Part shown: positions 38,583 through 47,842 of the stretch, one piece after another
How the letters are laid out: each line of letters opens with the position of its first letter
Numbering within the stretch: position 1 is the stretch's first letter
From: Clostridia bacterium
GTDB taxonomy: Bacteria; Bacillota; Clostridia; UBA1212; DUPL01
NCBI GenBank assembly: GCA_050951325.1
Contig: JBMNIW010000003.1
Location: 320,001 to 384,000, forward strand
Length of the DNA: 64,000 nucleotides
Reading direction: 5' to 3'
Position numbers and translations under genes: made by a program
Notes under the pieces: generated by a model
What the model saw: only the letters and a program-made list of their open reading frames with translations
Told to the model about the DNA's origin: nothing
The model's database searches: none

Positions 38583-40202
38583 CTATTTTTTTGTCACCTT
38601 GCGTATGATTTTTACAAGAGCAGGTGAGATTGAATTCAAATCCTCATCAGTTATACCACCAAAAAATATCAGAACTTTGAAATAAACATAAACTCCGACA
38701 AGAGCCGTGGGCAAAAACGTTACAAGTACTTTCAAATAATTCGCAAGACCAATGGGTGAAAACAGAACATTTAACACAGTGTTTGAAACGTAAGCACACA
38801 CAATCATGCAAAAGGATGCGATAAGTGGCAGAACAGCCCTTCTCGCAGGATTGACCTTTATGGACACCCTTTTAACCAAATCCCTGTGATTCAGAATCAA
38901 AGGTATTGCATATGCGATATATGTAGATATCACAGCTCCATATACATTAAATGTGGGTATCGCTATAAGGATGTAGTTGAGAAGTGCTTTTACAAGCACC
39001 GAAATACCCAAATACATTGTACTTTGGAACAGTCTGTTTACACTCTGCATGATGGAGTTCTGAAGATGAACGGTTCCCATCAGGAGAATACTGAAAGACA
39101 GGGATGTAAGTAGCATGTGATTGTTGCCAAACCCAAGCAAAGTATATATTTCCTTTGCAAACACAGTCATAGCAAAACTAAGCGGCATAGCTACAATATA
39201 TAAAAGTTTGAAGCCGTATCCCGCTCTTTCTTCCGTTCCTTTGAAGTCCTGTCTTGCGTAGGAGGCTGTAAGTGCAGGCAAAATGCTGACACAAAGAGCT
39301 GAAACCAGAGCCGTCGGCACATTTATAAGCTGTCTTGTAGCAATCATATCGCCATAAAGGGATGTGCTGACTACTTCTGAAAATCCTCCTGCCTGAAGCC
39401 TGCCGGCAATCAATGATGCGTCTATTAAATTGCCTCCATACTGTATGCCGGAACTCAATGTTATGGGAATACTGTAATATACAAGTGTCTTGAAAAGCTT
39501 TCTGGTTGGCAGGTTCTTGCCTCTCCTGCTTTCCTTTTCAATGTAAAACCTTCGAGAACTCCTGTATCCAACGATAATGGCAAAGGACACAAAAGCTCCA
39601 ACACTGGTTCCTATTGAGGCTCCTGCAACAGCCCAGACTATGCCATGGTGTTTTAGTCCAATTACACAAATAATGGATACTGCCACATGAACAATCTGCT
39701 CAATAATCTGAGACGCTGCAGTTGGTGTCATGTTTCTTTTTCCTTGGAAGTAACCCCGGTATGCCGCCATTATTGAGCAAATCATAATACTGGGAGCAAG
39801 AAACAATATGCCCGCCCAGCTGTCCTCGTTATTCATTAAGGCAGCAATGGGTTTTGCGAAAATCGCCATTAGTATGGATGAAACGAGCCCTACAATAATT
39901 AGAAAAAATCTGGCAAGTCTGAAAGACCTTTCAGCTTCCCTTGGGTTGTCTTGAGATGTCAGCTCCGACACTATCTTGGATACAGCAACAGGCATTCCCG
40001 AAGTTGTAATTACATACACGAAGGCATAAACCTCACTGGCAGCTCCATAAACGCCATACCCGTAGGAGCCACCAAGGAGTTTCCTCATGACAGGGACAAA
40101 AAACAAGGATAGAATTTTAACCGCAATACTTGAAAATGACAGAATTGCAAAGCCTCTGCCTATGGATTGACTTTTTTCCTTGGTTCGTGTTTTTGTCGTC
40201 AT
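38583..40202 (-). CDS. MOP-superfamily flippase (SpoVB/YabM/MurJ-like polysaccharide biosynthesis protein)
   Basis: GMPVAVSKIVSE, YRGYFQG, PTAASQIIEQ; about 14 TM segments. Confidence 0.88.
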   Translation of the reverse strand: MTTKTRTKEKSQSIGRGFAILSFSSIAVKILSLFFVPVMRKLLGGSYGYGVYGAASEVYAFVYVITTSGMPVAVSKIVSELTSQDNPREAERSFRLARFFLIIVGLVSSILMAIFAKPIAALMNNEDSWAGILFLAPSIMICSIMAAYRGYFQGKRNMTPTAASQIIEQIVHVAVSIICVIGLKHHGIVWAVAGASIGTSVGAFVSFAIIVGYRSSRRFYIEKESRRGKNLPTRKLFKTLVYYSIPITLSSGIQYGGNLIDASLIAGRLQAGGFSEVVSTSLYGDMIATRQLINVPTALVSALCVSILPALTASYARQDFKGTEERAGYGFKLLYIVAMPLSFAMTVFAKEIYTLLGFGNNHMLLTSLSFSILLMGTVHLQNSIMQSVNRLFQSTMYLGISVLVKALLNYILIAIPTFNVYGAVISTYIAYAIPLILNHRDLVKRVSIKVNPARRAVLPLIASFCMIVCAYVSNTVLNVLFSPIGLANYLKVLVTFLPTALVGVYVYFKVLIFFGGITDEDLNSISPALVKIIRKVTKK

Positions 40203-40307
40203 TATCCTGCCCCTGTTAGTGATATTGCATCATTATTTGCTTTCATTGATTATAGCACGGCTATGGTTTTTTATCAATAATAATCAGGGCGGACAAAACA
40301 ATTCAGT

Positions 40308-42536
40308 CTATCTGTTTAAATACCTGTCAACAGCCTCAAACAACTCATCGATCAGACTTTGGGCATACTCCTCGTTGAAGCCTTCAACCTGAATCTTGAA
40401 ACTTGGTCTGTTTTCGTCTGCAAACAATCTGACATGCACATTGTCGTTGTACATAAGAAGACCATCATTAATCTCAAACTTACCTTCATACTGCGGACTG
40501 TTTGTAAAATAACTTATAAGCTCCGCCTTCCGGTCGTTGTCACAATATATTTCCCTCTCCTTTTTATAAATCCTGGGCAGTGAAGCGACCATGTTCTTGA
40601 CTGAGAAGTCCTTGCTTGCACTGTAATGGCAGAGTGCAAGATTGAATGCAAAGTCATCAAACAACATAAGGTATTGCTGATACACTCCATCCACATCCAT
40701 GTACTCCTCCATCTTTTCCATAATGTCTCCTCTTGAATCACCGCACATGACAATCTCGCTTCCAAAATACTCCGCTACTCTGCTGGCAGAAAGAGAGGAA
40801 CCCACAGAAACAAATATTGGGGCTTCCTTGTGGTAACTTGCAATAATATACGCAGTTATGGCCTCCTGCTCCTCTTTGGTGTAATTCAAAGGAACCATTC
40901 TCAATGCCTTGTACGCCTCGTTAAAGTATTTGTATATGTCGGTAACATAAAAGTCTTCAGGGTTTGTAAGTTCCTTCATAGGTAGCACATTGTGAATGTC
41001 AACAAAGGTGTATTCTTCTTTTTCAAATATTGACTTTAGTTTCCTTCTCTCCTTTTTTGACAAATCATTTCCATAACTGTTCAAAAACACAATAACCATA
41101 CCTTCATCGCCAGTTGGATCGCTCCCTATATACACAGCCCCATCCAATATTCCTTGTCTGCACGTCCATCTTAAGACAGGCAGCGTGATGTCATTCCCTC
41201 TCTTGACCTGCAGACCGGTTGAAGCAAGACCCGACTCAAGAGCAAGCAGCATCATCTGTGCATGCCCGGTTCCGTCAGAACTTGTTCCCACAGTAGTGCT
41301 CGGACCTAAAAGTGTGCCAAAAGACGCACCTAATCTGGCAAGATACTCCGGATTTATTGAATCAGTTTTAAAGCCAGTAAAACCACTCTGACCAAACTCA
41401 AATACGCTGCTTCTTCCTTTTGTAATTGTTCTCGTAACTGTCTTTTCATCCTCTACATGAATATTTGGCCATATTCTGACACCACTCTTTATGACTGAAC
41501 ACTTTCCAACAACAACTTCCTTTCCAACAACGCATTCATACAGAAATGAAGACGATCCTAATTGAACCTTGTCGCAAACAATGCTCTTTTCCACTGTCAC
41601 GCCTTTTGATACATTTGTATTGTTCCATAGAACGCTGTTTAACACTCTTGCTCCCTTGTCAATTACGGTTCCGTTCCCTATAACGCTGCCGGACAAATGT
41701 GCACCGCTATTCACACAACATCCCTTGCCAATATACACAGGAGGGTTCAATATAACATTGTCTGCAACTATTGCGTTCTTGTCTACCCAGACCCCATTGG
41801 AGATTTCAACGGCCTCGGGAATCAGCTTCACGTCCTTGTTCAATGCATCCAGGTTTGCCTTCATGTATGCATGCTTCTCACCAATATCGCACCAGTAGCC
41901 ACTGGTTTCAAAAGCATAAAAGGGAATATTGGATTCCAATATCTTTGGAAACAAATCTTTTGAAAAATCAAAAAATGTGTTTTCAGGACACATCTCCATT
42001 ACATCAGGTGAAAGAATGTATACTCCTGTATTGACCCTGTCATTCTTCACCTCGCCCCAGTCGGGTTTTTCTACAAATCCTGTTATTCTTCCACTTTCAT
42101 CAGCCAATACAACCCCATATTCCAGGGGAACCGGAACCTTCTTCGTTACGATTGTCGCCTTGGAATTTACCTTGTGATGGAAATTTGCAATTTCAGTCAA
42201 ATCCATGTCAGTTATTGCATCGCCGCTAATAACAATGAAAGTGTCATCCAGAAATCCTTTGCAATTCTTGACACTGCCACAGGTACCAAGCGGCTCTTCT
42301 TCTATGAAATATGTGAGTTTTACCCCATATTCACTTCCATCTCCGAGCTCCGACTTTATTTCACCAGGCATGTAGTGGAGCGTTACTGCAATATCAGTAA
42401 TGCCGTGTTTTTTTAATAAAACAACAATATGCTCAATGACACTGGTTCCAAGAATGGGAACAAGAGGTTTGGGTCTTTCACTGGTCATGGGACGCAGTCT
42501 GACACCTTCACCTCCAGCCATGATAACTGCCTTCAT
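40308..42536 (-). CDS. Sugar-1-phosphate nucleotidyltransferase (mannose-1-P guanylyltransferase-like) with hexapeptide repeats and a degenerate phosphomannomutase-like C-terminus
   Basis: [52 protein letters not shown], LbH repeats, then an FG..G PMM-like domain. Confidence 0.88.
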   Translation of the reverse strand: MKAVIMAGGEGVRLRPMTSERPKPLVPILGTSVIEHIVVLLKKHGITDIAVTLHYMPGEIKSELGDGSEYGVKLTYFIEEEPLGTCGSVKNCKGFLDDTFIVISGDAITDMDLTEIANFHHKVNSKATIVTKKVPVPLEYGVVLADESGRITGFVEKPDWGEVKNDRVNTGVYILSPDVMEMCPENTFFDFSKDLFPKILESNIPFYAFETSGYWCDIGEKHAYMKANLDALNKDVKLIPEAVEISNGVWVDKNAIVADNVILNPPVYIGKGCCVNSGAHLSGSVIGNGTVIDKGARVLNSVLWNNTNVSKGVTVEKSIVCDKVQLGSSSFLYECVVGKEVVVGKCSVIKSGVRIWPNIHVEDEKTVTRTITKGRSSVFEFGQSGFTGFKTDSINPEYLARLGASFGTLLGPSTTVGTSSDGTGHAQMMLLALESGLASTGLQVKRGNDITLPVLRWTCRQGILDGAVYIGSDPTGDEGMVIVFLNSYGNDLSKKERRKLKSIFEKEEYTFVDIHNVLPMKELTNPEDFYVTDIYKYFNEAYKALRMVPLNYTKEEQEAITAYIIASYHKEAPIFVSVGSSLSASRVAEYFGSEIVMCGDSRGDIMEKMEEYMDVDGVYQQYLMLFDDFAFNLALCHYSASKDFSVKNMVASLPRIYKKEREIYCDNDRKAELISYFTNSPQYEGKFEINDGLLMYNDNVHVRLFADENRPSFKIQVEGFNEEYAQSLIDELFEAVDRYLNR

Positions 42537-42590
42537 ACAAAAAAACACAACCTTTCTCATGTTATGGTTGTGTTATTTTGCCTCATTTCC

Positions 42591-43817
42591 TTAACTTTTA
42601 TTCAAAATTGTTCTTCTTACCATATCCAGCGCAGTAACAGCACTCATAGTTCTTATTCTTTCCCGGTTGCCCGAAAAGCGGAACTCGGACACCTCAGTAG
42701 CACCACCATATGAAACCCCTATATACACAAGTCCCACAGACTCGCCATCGGGTCCTGCATACCCTGTAATGGATACTCCCACATCACATCCTGTTTTCCT
42801 GCATGCTCCATCTGCCATTTCCCTGGCAGTCTGACTGCTTACCGCACTGTAAGTTTCTATGGTACTCCTTTCAACTCCCAGTGCACGGATCTTAGATTCT
42901 TCACTGTAAGTAACAAATCCGCTGTGAAAAACGTGCGAACTTCCAGGTATGGATGTCAGCAACTGTGCCAGCACGCCTCCTGAACAGGATTCTGCGGTAG
43001 CAATTTTCAAATTTCTTTCCTTGAGAAGCTTGAAGACAACATACTCCAATTCATCATTTTCCGTTGTATAAACATTGTCACCCAATATTTCACATATCTT
43101 ATTCACCATATCATTTACCAAAACCTCTGGATTGCTGCCTCCTTCATTACTGGCAGTAACCCTGATGGTAACTATGCCGTCCTTTGCATAAGTAGCTATG
43201 GTGGGATTCGTTTGGGACGACACAATATCGTATATTTCCTGCTCTACCATGGATTCGCCCATGCCTACTATTCTTATATATTTCGAAAAAAGCCTTCCCA
43301 ATTGTTTTTCTTTGAAGTATTTCATTACCTTGTCAAACATGGGTATTAGTTCCTTGGGAGGGCCAGGCAGCATTACAATCACCTTGTCGTCCTTTTCCAC
43401 AATGCATCCCGGTGCGGTTCCCATGTCGTTTTCAACAATTATGCTGCCTTCAGGAAAATACGCCTGTCTCAGGTTGCTTTCAACAAGAACCCTCCCCCTG
43501 TCTTCAAAGTATTTCCTTATTCTTTCGCTGCTTCTATCATCAAGAACTAATTTCAGACCTAAAAAATCCGCCACAATCTCTTTTGTAAGGTCGTCTTGTG
43601 TTGGGCCAAGTCCGCCCGTGGTTATTACAACATCGCATCTTTCAAAACCAATTTTCAAAGCTTCCTTAATTCTTCCAGGATTATCACCAATTACACTGTG
43701 ATAAAACACTCCCACACCGCATTCAGGAAGCCTACTTGAAATATATTGGGCGTCTGTGTTTACAATCTGACCCATTAAAAGCTCCGTGCCTATAGATATA
43801 ACTTCACACTTAAGCAT
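42591..43817 (-). CDS. cinA: Competence/damage-inducible protein CinA (with PncC domain)
   Basis: IGTELLMGQIVNTD, GGLGPTQDDLT, LPGPPKE, AESCSGG, ITGYAGP. Confidence 0.96.
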   Translation of the reverse strand: MLKCEVISIGTELLMGQIVNTDAQYISSRLPECGVGVFYHSVIGDNPGRIKEALKIGFERCDVVITTGGLGPTQDDLTKEIVADFLGLKLVLDDRSSERIRKYFEDRGRVLVESNLRQAYFPEGSIIVENDMGTAPGCIVEKDDKVIVMLPGPPKELIPMFDKVMKYFKEKQLGRLFSKYIRIVGMGESMVEQEIYDIVSSQTNPTIATYAKDGIVTIRVTASNEGGSNPEVLVNDMVNKICEILGDNVYTTENDELEYVVFKLLKERNLKIATAESCSGGVLAQLLTSIPGSSHVFHSGFVTYSEESKIRALGVERSTIETYSAVSSQTAREMADGACRKTGCDVGVSITGYAGPDGESVGLVYIGVSYGGATEVSEFRFSGNRERIRTMSAVTALDMVRRTILNKS

Positions 43818-43873
43818 ATACGTCTCCTTGACCTTTTTGTATAGAATAGCACTTTTTTCTTACTTTTTCAATC

Positions 43874-43906
43874 AAAAAAAGAGCTGCCGCATTATTGCGA
43901 CAGCCA
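43874..43906 (-). terminator. Terminator after spoIVB
   Basis: GGCTGTCGCA-ATAA-TGCGGCAGCTC followed by T7. Confidence 0.75.
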
Positions 43907-43914
43907 CAATATCA

Positions 43915-45138
43915 TTATGATGCCAAGTCAAGACAGGACCCTTTCTCTTTGTATACGAGGTCGTAGTTTGCAAGCATCCCCTCTATGAATATTCCATATC
44001 CCGTGCTTGGATCGTTGACCATGACATGAGTCACTGCGCCTACAAGTTTTCCGTTTTGGATTATCGGGCTTCCGCTCATGCCCTGAACAATACCTCCTGT
44101 AGCATCCAAAAGTTCTTTATCCGTAATCTTTAGAACAATACCTTTTGGACTCTTTACCTTCGTCTTGTTTACCTTCGTTATCTCTATCTCATACTCTTTC
44201 GGCTTTCCGTCACCTATGGTCGACAGAATTACAGCCTTGCCTTCCCTGACCTGGTTGTAGGATCCGATATACATTTCCCTGCCTGCAATATCTGCAAAGC
44301 CTTCCTTTGACATGATGCCAAAAATACCTGTTTCGCTGTTTACAAAGACATTGCCAATTACTCTTTCAGTGTCAGTGAAGCATCCCTTGAGTTCTCCTGG
44401 ACATCCGGGTATCCCTTTAGTTATGTCGAGTATGGTGGCCTTGTACATCTCTCCCTCTGAGACCTCAAATATCCTCGCTGTGTTGTTATCGGATATTCCA
44501 TGTCCAAGAGCTCCAAAGAAGCCTGTCTTCTTGTCATAAAAGGTAAGTGTGCCTATGCCAGCGGCACTGTCCTTTATCCAAAGTCCCAGACGCATTTTGC
44601 CACTTTGACCATCAATGCAGGTCTTGCTGACAATTTTCATTATGGTTCCCATTCTTTCTATAGTAAAGGTGTGTTCCTCCTTATTGCTCTCCTCAATCAA
44701 AGAAATCAACTCATCACAGTCATTGACCTCTTTGCCGTTTATCTCAAGGATTCTGTCACCTATCCTGAAACCACTGTCTCTTCCCGGAGTTACATAGATG
44801 TTTTCCTTCGACAAAAACCCTATATATCCAGTTATCAAAATGCCCCTTGACTTGAGCTTTATGCCAATGGGAGTTCCACTGACGTAAACTTTTTTACCGG
44901 GCACCACATTTACTTCAAGGTTCTTGATTGGAAGGACTCCGAAAGCTTTTGCTGTTGCACCAACACCGTCCGCCGATGCATTCACAGATACAAAAGAGCT
45001 GTTATCCAAGTCAGAGCCTTCTACAATGGTCAGAGAGTCCGGCAATAAAAAAAAGTTAAAAATTAATAAAGCTGATATAAAGGGCAAAATCACGCCAAAC
45101 AATATAACAGCTGTTTTTTTCCATCGAGGCAACCCCAT
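43915..45138 (-). CDS. spoIVB: SpoIVB serine peptidase (S55, PDZ domain)
   Basis: LGLWIKDSAAGIGTLTF, FGALGHGI, GGIVQGMSGSPIIQNGKLVGAVTHV. Confidence 0.97.
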   Translation of the reverse strand: MGLPRWKKTAVILFGVILPFISALLIFNFFLLPDSLTIVEGSDLDNSSFVSVNASADGVGATAKAFGVLPIKNLEVNVVPGKKVYVSGTPIGIKLKSRGILITGYIGFLSKENIYVTPGRDSGFRIGDRILEINGKEVNDCDELISLIEESNKEEHTFTIERMGTIMKIVSKTCIDGQSGKMRLGLWIKDSAAGIGTLTFYDKKTGFFGALGHGISDNNTARIFEVSEGEMYKATILDITKGIPGCPGELKGCFTDTERVIGNVFVNSETGIFGIMSKEGFADIAGREMYIGSYNQVREGKAVILSTIGDGKPKEYEIEITKVNKTKVKSPKGIVLKITDKELLDATGGIVQGMSGSPIIQNGKLVGAVTHVMVNDPSTGYGIFIEGMLANYDLVYKEKGSCLDLAS

Positions 45139-45194
45139 TAATTAACCTCCCCTGCTTTATTGTGGAAAACACATGTATATGTTTCACCATAAGC

Positions 45195-45223
45195 TATTAT
45201 CTCCGAGGAGGTTTGTTTTAGAC
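45195..45223 (-). promoter_or_regulatory. Possible sigma-F/G promoter of spoIVB
   Basis: GTCTA-14 bp-GGAGATAATA; spacer one base short of consensus. Confidence 0.4.
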
Positions 45224-45252
45224 AATATAAATATTGCTATAGATAAAATTGT

Positions 45253-46944
45253 TTAGATGTATTCCTCTATCATTTTTCTGGCATGTGCTTTGGTTATCTC
45301 ATTCTCCGCATTGCCGTCCAGCAGTCTTCCAACTTCTTCAACCTTTTCATCAAAACTTAAAGTTTTTGCCTCTGTAATTGTCTTATCCTTCACAGTTGTC
45401 TTGCTGATATAAATATTGTTGTCAGCAATGGCTGCAATCTGGGCAAGATGTGTTACACAAATAACCTGATGCTTTTTGGAAATAAGTTTCATTTTTTCAC
45501 CAACTTTTCTTGCAGCCTGACCGCTTATACCAATGTCAATTTCATCAAATATCAAAGTCGGAATATTGTCCACATCAGCAAGAATGGTCTTTATTGCCAG
45601 CATGATTCTGGACAATTCGCCGCCGGATGCTATTCTTGCCAGAGGTTTTGTGGGTTCTCCCAGATTTGCAGAAACCAGGAACTCCACATAATTGAGTCCG
45701 TTTTTCTTAAAATTGGGATATCCCAGTTCATTACTACTCTCATCAAAATCTATTTTAACCTCAAAGGATGCATTTTTCATTTCCAAATCATGCAATTGTT
45801 CTACAATATTTTTTGCCAAATCAACAGCGGCTTTTTTTCTAAGTTCATCCAACTTTTTGCACAAATCAAAAAGTTCTTCAGACAACTTGTCCATTTCCTT
45901 TGTATACTTTTCAATCATATACTCGCTGTCCAAAAGCTCGTTAAGCTTTTCCTGAGCTTCTTCCTTATACCTTATTATATCCTCAATAGTACCACCATAT
46001 TTTCTCTTCAGCCTGTTAATAATGTCCAGTCTCTCTTCGATGGAATCCAACTCAGACATGTCAAGATCCATATTATCCTTTTCATTTCTAACAGCATTCG
46101 AAATATCTTCAACCTCATAAAACACTGCCTCAAGTCTGGACATAATTTCCTTGTAAGCATCTCCAAAATCCTCAATCCTCGACACTGCCTGCAATGCGTT
46201 TTCCAGCTTGTCCAAAACTGAATTCTCCGATTTTAGATCCTGATAAGCATCATTAAGAGACGTTACAATCCTTTCCATATTTGATAAAATATTTTTTTTG
46301 GTCCTTAACTCCTCATCCTCATTTTCATACAGCTTTGCATTCTCTATCTCATCAATCTGATATTTAAGCAAATCGATGGTTCTTTCTCTTGCTTTAGGAT
46401 CTCCCGCCAGATTGCCCAGTGCGTTATGTATTTCATTAAATTTTGAGAGTTTTTCGCCATACTCAATCAAAACCTTGCTTAGTTTTGCTCCTGCATACAT
46501 GTCCAGCAATAGTATATGTGAGTTAACCCTCATCAAGGACTGGTTGTCATGCTGCCCATGTATGTCAATCAATACCTCTCCTATCTCCCTAAGTATGGAC
46601 AAGGTTACCGTCCGACCGTTTATCCTGCATATATTTCTTCCGCTACTTGTAATCTCACGGAACAAAAGAAGCGTATGATCCTCTTCCTCTTCAATACCAA
46701 GCTCCTCCAGTTTTTCAGACACAAAGGGCTCATTAACAAAGAATACCGCTTCCACGGACCCACTGTCAGCACCTGTGCGTATAGTATCTCTTGAAGTCCG
46801 TCCTCCAAGCACACAACCAATGGAGTCAATAATTATTGACTTTCCAGCCCCGGTCTCTCCAGTAAGACAGTTCATATTTGGTTTGAACTCTATTGAAATG
46901 TCATCTATCAAGGCAATATTTTTTATGTTAAGCTGTACTAACAC
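45253..46944 (-). CDS. recN: DNA repair protein RecN
   Basis: TGETGAGKS, IHGQHDNQ, ASGGELSR, IFDEID, VTHLAQIAA. Confidence 0.98.
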   Translation of the reverse strand: MLVQLNIKNIALIDDISIEFKPNMNCLTGETGAGKSIIIDSIGCVLGGRTSRDTIRTGADSGSVEAVFFVNEPFVSEKLEELGIEEEEDHTLLLFREITSSGRNICRINGRTVTLSILREIGEVLIDIHGQHDNQSLMRVNSHILLLDMYAGAKLSKVLIEYGEKLSKFNEIHNALGNLAGDPKARERTIDLLKYQIDEIENAKLYENEDEELRTKKNILSNMERIVTSLNDAYQDLKSENSVLDKLENALQAVSRIEDFGDAYKEIMSRLEAVFYEVEDISNAVRNEKDNMDLDMSELDSIEERLDIINRLKRKYGGTIEDIIRYKEEAQEKLNELLDSEYMIEKYTKEMDKLSEELFDLCKKLDELRKKAAVDLAKNIVEQLHDLEMKNASFEVKIDFDESSNELGYPNFKKNGLNYVEFLVSANLGEPTKPLARIASGGELSRIMLAIKTILADVDNIPTLIFDEIDIGISGQAARKVGEKMKLISKKHQVICVTHLAQIAAIADNNIYISKTTVKDKTITEAKTLSFDEKVEEVGRLLDGNAENEITKAHARKMIEEYI

Positions 46945-46956
46945 ACTATACCCCCT

Positions 46957-47802
46957 TTAGGTTTGAGCATTACCGTTTTTCGTCTGTCTTTCTGCATTTT
47001 TCCTTCTTAGGACGGAATAAAAGTCGGGCGGATCCATCCTGATTATCTTTATGTGACTGTCTACAAGACAACATTTTACAACATCATCTTTTTCCAACCT
47101 GTATGAAAGGTGCCCGTCACAAATGGCATAGGCAGATTCATGCTCCCTGTGGAGCTTTACCTCTATAACAGAACTCTTGCCAAGTATTATTGATCTGCCT
47201 TCCACCATGTGTGCATTCAAGGGTGTAAACACCATTACTTCATTGCCGGGCTCCACTATAGGACCTCCTGCGGACAAAGAATATGCTGTCGAGCCTGTCT
47301 GTGTGGACAGAACAACACCGTCTCCTGGATAGGTGTCCACATAGTGGCTGTTTGCATATACTTCAAGATACAAAACCTTGGACAGTATTTCCCGAGCTAT
47401 AACGCAGTCATTTATGACATGACATGAAAAGACCTCAACGTCATCCCTTGTTACAACTATTTTCATTACCTTTCTTTCCTCAACAATATAGTCATTCCTG
47501 ACTAATCTTCTTGCAGTTTCATCAATATCATGCTTGTCAATTTCAGTAAGAAAACCAAGCGTGCCAAGGTTTATCCCTATTACCGGGATATCTCTTTTCA
47601 AGGCTTGTGAAGCAACTTTCAAAAAGGTACCGTCTCCACCAATGCTTACAAGCACGTCGGCATTGTCATACACATATGTATCGTCACCATAGCAAAGAGG
47701 GATTGCGCCTTCCCTTTCTATTGCTAGGGCAAGCTGTCTTACCGTATCATCACATTGTTTATTATTCTTGTTGCAAATTATTCCAATCCTGATGGTATTC
47801 AA
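46957..47802 (-). CDS. nadK: NAD kinase
   Basis: GGDGTFL, GINLGTLGFL, IND, DGVVLSTQTGSTAYSLSAGGPI. Confidence 0.96.
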   Translation of the reverse strand: MNTIRIGIICNKNNKQCDDTVRQLALAIEREGAIPLCYGDDTYVYDNADVLVSIGGDGTFLKVASQALKRDIPVIGINLGTLGFLTEIDKHDIDETARRLVRNDYIVEERKVMKIVVTRDDVEVFSCHVINDCVIAREILSKVLYLEVYANSHYVDTYPGDGVVLSTQTGSTAYSLSAGGPIVEPGNEVMVFTPLNAHMVEGRSIILGKSSVIEVKLHREHESAYAICDGHLSYRLEKDDVVKCCLVDSHIKIIRMDPPDFYSVLRRKNAERQTKNGNAQT

Positions 47803-47842
47803 CTCCCTGAATCAAGTTCTGTCAGAAATTATAATTTATCTA

